Of a DNA stretch of 64,000 bases, positions 39,213 through 48,248 are shown piece by piece. The number at the start of each line of letters is the position of its first letter. The first letter of the stretch is position 1. The translations under genes and the position numbers were made by a program. Source of the DNA: Hormoscilla sp. (lineage in GTDB: Bacteria > Cyanobacteriota > Cyanobacteriia > Cyanobacteriales > Desertifilaceae); NCBI GenBank assembly GCA_051439505.1, contig JBFRWI010000217.1, positions 14,154-78,153 on the forward strand, read 5' to 3'. Below the pieces are notes generated by a model. It did not search any database. It was not told where the DNA came from and saw only the letters and a program-made list of their open reading frames with translations.

Positions 39213-39438
39213 GGGTGCGGTCACAAGTAGTTGATAGCCGCATTGATGATGCATGTAATCTAGCCCGCGCAGGAAGGTTGCCGCGCTGCGCTCGCAATGA
39301 CATTGCTTTGTTCGAGTAGCCGGACCCTTTAGGGTTCGGGCGGCGTTGGTAGGGGCGGCGACCATTGTCAGGGAAGGATGGCAGGACAGGCGATCGCTCC
39401 TGAAACCAACCAGTGCAAGACCACACCCAGACCGCACC
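39213..39438. mobile_element. MITE with GGGTGYGGTC ends
   Basis: GGGTGCGGTC ... GACCACACCC / GACCGCACC. It is absent from the duplicated block at 39801-39980. The same end sequence occurs at 30449-30475. Confidence 0.7.
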
Positions 39439-39495
39439 GGTCCTGGGTACTTTTACCTCCACCGGCACCTACTAGCTGCTACCGGTGCCCCACTG

Positions 39496-39720
39496 TTGAG
39501 GTTTAAAACGTCTCCCTTGAGGTTTAAAACGTCTCCCTTGAGGTTTAAAACGTCTCCCTTGAGGTTTTAAACCTCTCCGTTGGGGTTTAAAACCTCTCCG
39601 TTGGGGTTTAAAACCTCTCCGTTGGGGTTTAAAACCTCTCCGTTGGGGTTTAAAACCTCTCCGTTGAGGTTTAAAACCTCTCCGTTGGGGTTTGAAACCT
39701 CTCCGTTGGGGTTTGAAACC
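39496..39720. repeat. 21-bp tandem repeat (10 full units plus 1 partial)
   Basis: Unit TTGRGGTTTAAAACSTCTCCS with period 21 and no spacers. Confidence 0.95.
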
Positions 39721-39800
39721 GGTGTGGTCTTGCGCCCGTTGTCAACCGTTCGCCGTGAACTGTTCGCCGTTCGCTGCGAGGGAGTTCCCCTGGGTACAGG

Positions 39801-39980
39801 ATTTCAGTATGAAGAGGAGTACAGTTAAATCACGGACCTGGGAGTCGGGTCCTGGGCACTTTTACCTCCACCGGCACCTACTAGCGGCTACCGGTGCCCC
39901 ACTGTTGGGGTTTCAAACGTCTCCCTTGGGGTTTGAAACCGGTGTGGTCTTGCGCCCGTTGTCAACCGTTCGCCGTGAAC
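39801..39980 (+). repeat. Second copy of the 39183-39760 block, lacking the MITE and with about 1.7 repeat units
   Basis: Shared ATTTCAGTATGAAGAnGAGTACAGTTAAAT, GGTCCTGGG...CCCCACTG and GGTGTGGTCTTG...CCGTGAAC. Confidence 0.85.
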
Positions 39981-40075
39981 AACATTCGCGACCCTTGGGA
40001 TGCTACAAGTTAGAAAATGGATCGAGAAGAATTTAGAAATTACTGGAATAGTCAAGCCATTTATTCATTGAGACA

Positions 40076-40318
40076 ATGAAAGTCAAAGTTTTGTCTATTA
40101 AACCGGCCCAAGCGCCTAACTCCCATGAGGTATTATTATCCATTGGTGAAGAGCGGCAAATCTTCATGTTTACAACTGAAGTTAATCTAGTGGGTGCTTT
40201 TCAACTGCAAACTACTCATGCAGAGCCACGGTTCTCAGAGTTGTTTAAATTTAATCAACGAGTTGCCATGAATGTGAGTAATTTGGTGGTTAAATCTTAC
40301 AAAAAAGAAGTAGTTTAA
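40076..40318 (+). CDS. Hypothetical protein
   Basis: 80-aa ATG ORF with protein-like composition; no recognised motif. Confidence 0.45.
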   Translation: MKVKVLSIKPAQAPNSHEVLLSIGEERQIFMFTTEVNLVGAFQLQTTHAEPRFSELFKFNQRVAMNVSNLVVKSYKKEVV

Positions 40319-40438
40319 CTGCCATGTGGTATTTTTTGTCACGAAGAAGCTTTATCGAAGCCCTTTGAATACAACCGTAAACAAGCAATATCCGATGGCA
40401 GCAAAGAAGGTTTAATTAATCGAGAGCAAAAGTCAAAA

Positions 40439-40558
40439 ATGAGTCATGATATTCGTCACAAGGCGATGGCGTTAATCGAACATTTGCCGGAATCTTTACT
40501 GGATGAAGCAGTTATTTTTTGGGAATCTTTGTATGTTAAGGCTAATAATTTAGAGTAG
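40439..40558 (+). pseudogene. Short antitoxin-like (DUF2281-like) fragment
   Basis: MSHDIRHKAMALIEHLPESLLDEAVIFWESL resembles LESLPESLQLKVLQYIDSL of 50055. Confidence 0.35.
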
Positions 40559-40791
40559 CGCTCCTCATTCTCGCTATAGGAGAACAACCGTGAAAAGATT
40601 GATGAGATTCCGAAGGGCGATCGCGAGTAGGCTAGAAACCGGGTTTCTTTTACAAACTCTGGCCTCAGGAGCAAAAATTATTGCAGAAACCCGGTTTATT
40701 GGTCTGAGGGTCTTATGGGCGATCGGGGGCCGCGCGTGAGGACCGTGAGTAGTTGTCAAAGATATATTAATGAAGCACTAGGGGGTTAAAA

Positions 40792-41022
40792 ATGCGAAAG
40801 CAGCGGATAGTATACACATCACCTTTGGATGCGCTGATTGCGGTAGCAAAGCGTCTGAGTTTGTATGAAAGTCAGCACAGTATGGATTCTGAGGAGTTTT
40901 TCGATCGCTATAGCAAGGGGCAACTTGCGGATGAAGTAGCGTTTGTAGAATGGGCAAATGATTATCGCCACTTTTTGGTGTTACGGCAAGATGTAGAAAA
41001 GCTGTTACAAAATGTTGCATAA
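40792..41022 (+). CDS. TumA-like antitoxin
   Basis: LSLYESQHSMDSEEFFDRY..G...FVEWANDY; overlaps the next gene. Confidence 0.65.
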   Translation: MRKQRIVYTSPLDALIAVAKRLSLYESQHSMDSEEFFDRYSKGQLADEVAFVEWANDYRHFLVLRQDVEKLLQNVA

Positions 41023-41401
41023 AACACTGGATGACTATCTCGTGCGGATTGAACAGATACTCATGGCATTAGAGAATGCCTATATCGAGCGCTATGAGGA
41101 AGAAATTTTGACCCCACAGCGCGCAAATTTGCGGATTCGCGTTCGTTTTACAGGAGGCCATTTGTTGGAAATTAATGAGGCGATCGCGGTTGAGACAGAT
41201 GTGTTGATGTGGCTAGATTATCGGTATCACTGTCAGGATGAGCAAAATAACTTAATTTTTCGGTATGATAGCACTCCTCATTTTCCCGAGTTGTCCAGTT
41301 TCCCGCATCACAAGCATTTACCAGATGAAGTAATTGCTTGTCAAAAACCGGATATTGGTGAAGTTATACAGGCAGTATCACAAGACAATTGCGCCATATA
41401 A
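41012..41401 (+). CDS. TumE/DUF6516-family toxin
   Basis: YRYH...IFRYDSTPHFP...FPHHKH. Confidence 0.75.
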   Translation: MLHKTLDDYLVRIEQILMALENAYIERYEEEILTPQRANLRIRVRFTGGHLLEINEAIAVETDVLMWLDYRYHCQDEQNNLIFRYDSTPHFPELSSFPHHKHLPDEVIACQKPDIGEVIQAVSQDNCAI

Positions 41402-41515
41402 TATACGATCGTGCCCATGTCTTGCGATCCTGGGAGGCGTTTGAATCTACAGTAAAACCTGCCTGTTTTCCTCAAGCAACAACAACTGGTTCCATTCGCC
41501 AAAATGATCGCCCCA

Positions 41516-42015
41516 AACCCGGTTTCTTGGTCTTCGGGTCCACAGGGGCGATCGGGCGGGGGCCAGAAACCGGGTTTCTTTTACCAAATCTGGCATCATG
41601 AGCCAAAATTATCCCAGAAACCCGGTTTCTTGGTCTTGAGGTCCGGGGGGCGATCGGGCGTAGGCGAGAAACCGGGTTTCTTTTACCAACTCGGGTTGAG
41701 GAGCAAAAATTATTGCAGAAACCCGGTTTCTTGGTCTTGACGTCCGGGGGGCGATCGCGCTATAGCCAGAAACCGGGTTTCTTTTACTCATATCTTGCAC
41801 CATTTTCAACTAGAGGCGGAGCCTCGATAACTCGTTCCCTGGCTCCGCCAGGGAACGAGGGGAGCTTTTAGTGGGTTTTAACCCACTTTAGCTATTAGCC
41901 GTGGGTTTTAACCCACGGCGGGCCAGGAGACCAATTGAGAATGGGGTGAAACCGGGTTTCTTTTACCAACTCTGGCCTCAGGATCCAAAATGATCGGGTG
42001 AAACCCGGTTTCTTG
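41516..42015. repeat. Tandem array of about 101-102-bp units built from AGAAACCGGGTTTCT/AGAAACCCGGTTTCT plus HIP1-like sites
   Basis: Units start at 41565, 41667 and 41768. Further copies occur at about 40634 and 41949, with partial ones at about 3199, 17934, 30376, 37910 and 48048. Confidence 0.85.
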
Positions 42016-42126
42016 TCTGGTCCCGTCCTGTTTTGTGTTAGGATAACAAAAGACCGGGTAATCAGCTTACTGCTGTTGGGTAAGGGACCTCAACCCAACC
42101 TACGACTAACCTCGCCAAAATATCTT

Positions 42127-42618
42127 ATGTCACCAGATACCGAGAACCTAATATTGCGTTCAGCTACCCCAGATGATGCGCCAATACTGTTTGAACTGAT
42201 TAAAGCGTTAGCAGAGTATGAAAATCTATCCCATCAAGTTGTGGGTAACGTAGATGCTTTGAAAGAACATCTTATAGGCGATCGCCCCTTAGTGGAAGCT
42301 ATCTTAGCTGAAGTAGAGGAGGGCAAAGCTGTGGGTTTTGCCCTATTTTTTCAGAACTATTCCACATTCTTAACCAAACCAGGAATTCATCTAGAGGATC
42401 TATTTGTGTTGCCCGCATATCGGCGTCAAGGTATCGGTAAAGCCCTGATTACTTATCTGGCAAAACTGGCCGTTCAGCGCAACTGCGGGCGGATGGAATG
42501 GGCAGTTTTAGACTGGAACGAACCCGCGATCGCATTTTATCGCCATATCGGTGCCGAGATTCTCCCCGACTGGCGAATTTGCCGTCTGACAGACGAAGAA
42601 TTATCTCGTATGAAGTGA
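42127..42618 (+). CDS. GNAT N-acetyltransferase (diamine acetyltransferase-like)
   Basis: LEDLFVLPAYRRQGIG and WAVLDWNEPAIAFY. The upstream ORF extension lies in repeat DNA. Confidence 0.9.
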   Translation: MSPDTENLILRSATPDDAPILFELIKALAEYENLSHQVVGNVDALKEHLIGDRPLVEAILAEVEEGKAVGFALFFQNYSTFLTKPGIHLEDLFVLPAYRRQGIGKALITYLAKLAVQRNCGRMEWAVLDWNEPAIAFYRHIGAEILPDWRICRLTDEELSRMK

Positions 42619-42674
42619 ATTGTTGATTTTTAGCCAACTGACAACTGACAACTGACAACCTACAACTAACATCA

Positions 42675-45392
42675 TCATTCATCTGTATCAGAATAGACTG
42701 GTAACCTAACAGTAAAAGTTGTACCCACGCCGACTTCACTTGTAAAAGAAATATCACCGCCATGCAAGTCCACCGCTTTTTTCACAATTGCTAACCCCAA
42801 ACCCGTCCCAGTAATGCTGCCCACATTGTGGCCGCGATGAAAAGACTTAAACAGTCGTCCTCGATCCTCCTCCGGGATGCCAATGCCGCGATCTTGAATG
42901 CGAAAAATCACCATTTTTTTCTTACCTTGTCGCCAATTATCAGGGGACTGACAAATAAGTTCAAAATTAATTGGGCCACCGTCAGCATTATATTTGATAG
43001 CATTAGTCAGCAAATTAGTCAATAGTTGCCGCAGGAGTTTTTCATCCACTACCGCCTGGGGACAATTCCCTTGAAAGTCAAACCTTAGCTGCTGGTTTTC
43101 TCGGGTTGTAGCTTGCAGTTCTTCAGTCAAATCCTGGCAGAAGATCGCCAAATTTATGGGTTTCGGGTTAAATTCCAGCGGCTCGTCCTCAGCTTTATTT
43201 ATAATCAGGACATCATCAACCAGTTGAGTCAGATGGTTAACAGCAGCTTTAATGCGATGGAGATATTGAAGTTTTTTCTCATCTGTCCATTTGTAACCGT
43301 AATATTCTAGTAACTCAGCAGAAGATAAAATAGTGGTTAGCGGGGTGCGGTACTCATGGTTAACCACAGAGACAATGCGGGATTTCAGTTGGGATAGTTC
43401 TCTTTCTGTTTTCAAAGCTTTGAGCACTTCGACTTCCGCCCGCTTGCGCTCGGCGATATCGCGGACGAAAGCACATTGATATTCCTTGCCCTTGAATTTC
43501 AGGTAATTGGCAGTAATTTCTACCGATAAGAAGCGACCATCCTGCCTTTTATAATTAGATTCAAAGGTTAAAGATTGTTTTTCTTTCAGCAAAGTCCAAC
43601 GCTGGGCCCAAACCTCAGCAGGATAGTTAGCTTCAATCTCAGAGATCGTCATCCCTAGCAATTCCTCGCGATCGTAACCCAGTAGCAGACAGGCGGCCTC
43701 ATTTACATACAACAATCGCCCATCTAACCCGATCCAGAAGACAGCTTCCGCCGCCCGATCGACCGTAAACTGAGTCACCTGCAATGCCTCTTGGGCCCGC
43801 TGGCGCTGCGCGATCTCCGAACGCAACTGTTGGTTAGTCTGGCGAATTTGGGCAGTGCGTTCTTCGACTCTCATTTCCAACTGTTCGTTGGCCTTTTGCA
43901 GGGCATCAACAGCCAGTTGACGCTTAGTCACGTCCAGAACCAAAGACAGGATAGAGACTAAATGGCCTGACTCGTCTCGCAGGGCCGAATTATACCATTC
44001 GCAATGAACCACAGCGCCCGTGGAAGTCAAGTTCCGGTTGCGACTGATATTGCGAGGCTGACTGCCATCTATTAACCGCGCCATCACCTCAGTGAAGGCT
44101 TTCAGATCGGCGTCGTAGACGAAGGGCCACTCACTAAAATGCTTGCCGAGAACCTCTCGATCTTTCCAGCCAAAGATTTTCTCAGCCTGACCGGACCAAC
44201 GCTGGATGCGAAACTTATTGTCCCATTCCACCACTGCCAGGGGAGAGTTTTCGACATGAAAAGTTAAGCGTTGATGAGCTTGTTGTAAAGCTGCTGCTGC
44301 CCGTTGGCGTTCGGAGATATCCCTCGCGATGCCGCGATATCCGCGAAAGGTGCCATTCAAGTCAAAGAAGGGAACGCCGCTGGTCTCTAAGAGCACTTCC
44401 CGACCGTTTTGATGGCGCTGGCTATGTTCCATACAGCTCAATGGCAACTGGGACAAGGCAATTTCCGCAAAAATCTTGGCAACACGAGCAGCTTCTAACC
44501 AAGACATGAAGTTGAAGGGAGTTTTCCCCACCATTTCTGCTGGTTCATAGCCCAAGATATCCCGCACTTTCGGACTGACGTAAGTGTAGACGGCGTTTTC
44601 ATCTATTTCCCACACCCAATCACTGGTGGTTTCCACCAGGTTGCGAAATCGCTCTTCGCTATGTTGCAGGGCCACCTGCATCCGCTTGCGTTCCGCTAGT
44701 TCCGTTTTCAGTTGCTGGTAAAGTTCTGATTGTTGAATGGCGATCGCGACATGGGTTGCCAGACTCTTGACCAACTCTATTTCCGACTCTTGCCACTGGC
44801 GGGAAGAGCGGCATTGGTGAGCTACTAGCAAACCCCACAATTTATTAGCGCTTTTCTTTTCCTTGTCCGGACTATTTTGCACGATCGGCACCACCAGGTT
44901 AGCCTGTACCTGAAAATAGGCCAGTAAATCTATATGACACTGGGATAGACTTGTCCTGTAGATATCTGCTATTGCGAGGATGCGACCATTTTTGTAAAGA
45001 TTTACATATTCCTCCGTAAAACAAGGATCTTTGATAGTGATTCCTAACATCGATGTCCAGTTACTGGCTACCGATTCTACTACTATCTCACCGCTCCAAT
45101 CTGGCTGAAAACGATATATTATGACTCGATCGCAGCCTAGTAGTTGCCGGACTTCTGAGACCGTCGTGTTGAGAATTTCCTCCAGATTCAGAGATTTGCC
45201 GATCCGCCGGGCGATCGCCGCTAACAGGCGATCCCCACTTTTGCTGCTCGGGCTGGGTGTTTGTGATTCTAGTAACACAACTAAAGCTTGTGGTTTGACT
45301 CTTTTGTATTCTAGCACACAAATAGTTTTCACCTCGATTTTTCGCGCAGCGTTCCCCTGTCCCATCCAGTCGGGATCTGGACCGGGAGACAC
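42675..45392 (-). CDS. Cyanobacteriochrome sensor histidine kinase (GAF-PAS-PAS-PAS-HisKA-HATPase)
   Basis: DRVIIYRF, DPCF and CHIDLL in the GAF domain; three PAS domains; HEYRTPL, NAIKY and GTGLGL. The true start may be about 100 nt downstream. Confidence 0.9.
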   Translation of the reverse strand: MSPGPDPDWMGQGNAARKIEVKTICVLEYKRVKPQALVVLLESQTPSPSSKSGDRLLAAIARRIGKSLNLEEILNTTVSEVRQLLGCDRVIIYRFQPDWSGEIVVESVASNWTSMLGITIKDPCFTEEYVNLYKNGRILAIADIYRTSLSQCHIDLLAYFQVQANLVVPIVQNSPDKEKKSANKLWGLLVAHQCRSSRQWQESEIELVKSLATHVAIAIQQSELYQQLKTELAERKRMQVALQHSEERFRNLVETTSDWVWEIDENAVYTYVSPKVRDILGYEPAEMVGKTPFNFMSWLEAARVAKIFAEIALSQLPLSCMEHSQRHQNGREVLLETSGVPFFDLNGTFRGYRGIARDISERQRAAAALQQAHQRLTFHVENSPLAVVEWDNKFRIQRWSGQAEKIFGWKDREVLGKHFSEWPFVYDADLKAFTEVMARLIDGSQPRNISRNRNLTSTGAVVHCEWYNSALRDESGHLVSILSLVLDVTKRQLAVDALQKANEQLEMRVEERTAQIRQTNQQLRSEIAQRQRAQEALQVTQFTVDRAAEAVFWIGLDGRLLYVNEAACLLLGYDREELLGMTISEIEANYPAEVWAQRWTLLKEKQSLTFESNYKRQDGRFLSVEITANYLKFKGKEYQCAFVRDIAERKRAEVEVLKALKTERELSQLKSRIVSVVNHEYRTPLTTILSSAELLEYYGYKWTDEKKLQYLHRIKAAVNHLTQLVDDVLIINKAEDEPLEFNPKPINLAIFCQDLTEELQATTRENQQLRFDFQGNCPQAVVDEKLLRQLLTNLLTNAIKYNADGGPINFELICQSPDNWRQGKKKMVIFRIQDRGIGIPEEDRGRLFKSFHRGHNVGSITGTGLGLAIVKKAVDLHGGDISFTSEVGVGTTFTVRLPVYSDTDE

Positions 45393-45508
45393 CGAAGGTG
45401 TTTCCTGGGATCGCTAGTCGCACAACGGGCGGAAACACCGACTGGCCATAATCGGTTTTGACGGTAATTAGTAATTGGTAAAATATATTTCCAAGACGAT
45501 CGTCTAAT

Positions 45509-46558
45509 TCACGAACGGAATCTGGAACTGAGAGGACCAAGGAGGTGATGGAGGCGTCGCAGTTGTTCGGCGGTGCCCATGCAGATCAATAAATCACCAG
45601 CTTGTAAGAGAGTTTCCCCTGTCGGACCGCCCAGCAGGGTGCCGTCATAGCGGCGAATGGCTAAAACTAAAGCCCCGGTTTGCGATCGCAAATTAGTTTC
45701 TTGGAGGGATTGGCCGATGAAGGGACAGATTTGGGGATCGATCAGAAACTCTTCCATGTAGAAAGATCGATTCTTACCTGTAATCATCCCATCGACAAAA
45801 TGCATCACCTCGGGTCTGAGGGCAGCAGTCGCCATCCGCCGTCCGCCAGTAATATAGGGCGAGACAACGGCATCTGCACCCCCCCGTTGCAGTTTTTGGA
45901 TGGCTTCTTCAGAACTGGCACGGGCGATCGCCCGAATGTGGGGATTGAGAGTCTTAGCAGAAAGTACAGTATAGAGGTTTTCGGCATCCGAGGGCAAAGC
46001 AGCGACTAAACAAATCGCCTGTTCGATCTTGGCGGTCAGCAAGGTTTCATCCAGAGTGGCATCTCCCTGGACCACCACGCAATTTAGCTCCTGGGCCTCC
46101 TTGATGAAGTCCGGATCCGAATCTATGACTACAAAAGAGATGCCTTCTGCCTTAAATTCTAAGGCAATTTGCCGCCCGGTGCGACCAAATCCACAGAGGA
46201 TGTAATGTGAGTTCAGAGAATCTAGCAAGCGATGAAACTGCCTCCTTTTGATGCCTTCTTGAAAGTAGCCCTCAATCAGGGCTTCTGTCAAGCGATTGAC
46301 AATGTAACCGATGCTAATCACCCCCATAAAAATCAGGGCGATGGTGAACAACCGCCCCCGATCGCCCATCGGATGGATTTCCCCATAACCTACTGTCGCC
46401 AGGGTAATTACGGTCATGTAAGCCGCATCTGACAAGGACCAGCCCTCAACCAGCGCATACCATAAGGTGCCGAAGGCGAAGACCCCCCCTAGGGATAGGG
46501 CACCGAAAATTATTTGGGTTTGGAGGCGGCGATATTTCTGCTGTGAAGTCGAGTACAA
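45509..46558 (-). CDS. Two-TM potassium channel with TrkA-N/TrkA-C (RCK) domains
   Basis: TVGYG selectivity filter and CGFGRTG. Confidence 0.92.
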   Translation of the reverse strand: MYSTSQQKYRRLQTQIIFGALSLGGVFAFGTLWYALVEGWSLSDAAYMTVITLATVGYGEIHPMGDRGRLFTIALIFMGVISIGYIVNRLTEALIEGYFQEGIKRRQFHRLLDSLNSHYILCGFGRTGRQIALEFKAEGISFVVIDSDPDFIKEAQELNCVVVQGDATLDETLLTAKIEQAICLVAALPSDAENLYTVLSAKTLNPHIRAIARASSEEAIQKLQRGGADAVVSPYITGGRRMATAALRPEVMHFVDGMITGKNRSFYMEEFLIDPQICPFIGQSLQETNLRSQTGALVLAIRRYDGTLLGGPTGETLLQAGDLLICMGTAEQLRRLHHLLGPLSSRFRS

Positions 46559-46744
46559 TGCTAGTCACCAATTGTAAATTGCAAATTGTAAATTGCAAAT
46601 CGAGTAATCCAACAGTATGGTTGCAGATCCACACTGCCTGGGAAATTGTGAGGATATACTGACAGAAAATTGACTCTTACGCAGGTTTTGAGGATATAAT
46701 TGTCAACTCAGGATCTGTAAGCCGTTAAGCAAAAGGATAAGCCA

Positions 46745-48016
46745 GTGAGCCACCAAACCGCTACGTTAAACCCGCCCATGACTACGGAGTCAACTCCGGT
46801 GCAGTCAAGTGCTTTCAATGAAGCAGAGTTTGATAATTATGTGATGTCCACCTACGGGCGCTTCCCGATCGCCCTAGAACGGGGTGAAAAATGCCGCGTT
46901 TGGGATACGGAAGGACGCGAATATCTGGACTTTGTAGCTGGCATTGCTACTTGCGCCCTCGGACATGCTCACCCAGCACTGGTGGAAACGGTGACCCGTC
47001 AAATCCAGACCCTGCATCATGTTTCTAATCTTTATTATATTCCGGTGCAGGGGGAACTGGCGAAGTGGCTAGTAGAACATTCTTGTGCCGACAAGGTGTT
47101 TTTCTGTAACTCTGGGGCGGAGGCGAATGAAGGCGCGATTAAACTGGCGCGGAAATACGCCCACATAAAGTTAAATATTGACGAACCGGCGATCTTGACG
47201 GCTCATGCCAGCTTCCACGGACGCACCCTGGCAACAATTACTGCTACAGGTCAACCCAAGTACCAAAAGAATTTTAGCCCCTTAATGCCCGGGTTTCATT
47301 ACGTGCCTTATAACGATTTTGAGGCAGTAACACGGGCGATCGCCTCTCTGGATGCGGGTAAACGTCGGGTAGCGGCCATACTCCTAGAACCGTTACAAGG
47401 AGAAGGGGGCGTGCGTCCGGGGGATGTAGATTACTTCCTGCGGCTCAGGCAATTATGCGATCGCCAGGGCATTCTGCTGATCTTAGATGAAGTGCAGGTG
47501 GGCATGGGGCGGAGTGGCAAGCTTTGGGGTTATGAAAATCTCGGCATTGAACCGGATATCTTCACTTCTGCTAAGGCTTTAGGGGGCGGTATCCCCATTG
47601 GGGCCCTGATGTGCAAGCAGTTTTGCGACGTGTTTGAGCCCGGAAATCATGCTAGCACATTTGGGGGCAATCCCTTTGCTTGTGCAGCGGCTTTGACTGT
47701 CTGCCAAACTATGGAAAAAGAGCAAATTATCCAAAATGTCGGGGAACGGGGAGAACAACTGCGCCGGGGGTTGAGGGCGATCGCCGCTAAATATCCCAAA
47801 CTTATTGCTGAGGTACGCGGTTGGGGTTTAATTAACGCTATGGAACTGGCGGCTGACATTGAGCTGACATCTGCTGATGTCGTTAAGGCGGCAATGGCGG
47901 AAGGCTTGCTCCTGGTTCCTGCCGGTCCTAAAGTGGTCCGGTTTGTGCCACCCCTGATCGTCTCCGCCTCGGAAGTGGACATGGCACTGGCAGCAGTCGA
48001 TCGGGCAATGTCCTAG
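46745..48016 (+). CDS. argD: Acetylornithine aminotransferase
   Basis: NSGAEANE, SFHGRT, DEVQ, AKALGGG and HASTFGGNP. Confidence 0.95.
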   Translation: MSHQTATLNPPMTTESTPVQSSAFNEAEFDNYVMSTYGRFPIALERGEKCRVWDTEGREYLDFVAGIATCALGHAHPALVETVTRQIQTLHHVSNLYYIPVQGELAKWLVEHSCADKVFFCNSGAEANEGAIKLARKYAHIKLNIDEPAILTAHASFHGRTLATITATGQPKYQKNFSPLMPGFHYVPYNDFEAVTRAIASLDAGKRRVAAILLEPLQGEGGVRPGDVDYFLRLRQLCDRQGILLILDEVQVGMGRSGKLWGYENLGIEPDIFTSAKALGGGIPIGALMCKQFCDVFEPGNHASTFGGNPFACAAALTVCQTMEKEQIIQNVGERGEQLRRGLRAIAAKYPKLIAEVRGWGLINAMELAADIELTSADVVKAAMAEGLLLVPAGPKVVRFVPPLIVSASEVDMALAAVDRAMS

Positions 48017-48248
48017 TCTGGCCAGTTCCATCTCAATGCCAGCATCAAGAAACCCGGTGTTGACTCCATACCGGGTTTCTAGGCTATAATCGCGAACCAT
48101 AAAGATAACGACTGATTCTTCGATAGCAGATGAATTTGTCAGACTCTACCTGGGTAATTTTATCCAGAATCCGGAGATAGGTTCCAAGGGAACAGGAGCC
48201 AGCGATAATAGTTAGGGAAGTCGCGCTCTACTTTAATTACTGAAGGCT

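Noticed and set aside
39496..39720. CRISPR array (palindromic repeat with GTTTGAAAC-like ends)
   Set aside because: Units are head-to-tail with no spacers, and there are no cas genes in the window.
39346..40036. ORFs encoding (LRFKTSP)n peptides
   Set aside because: They are translations of the VNTR/MITE, broken by a TAA in unit 4, with no credible start.
41516..41790. CRISPR-like repeat/spacer alternation
   Set aside because: The repeats are only 15 bp and alternate in orientation, and the linkers are homologous to one another.
46649..46700. Repeated TGAGGATATA(C/A)T and TTGACT-19-TATAAT upstream of argD
   Set aside because: It is a plausible promoter, but the 19-nt spacing and only two copies give too little support to call.
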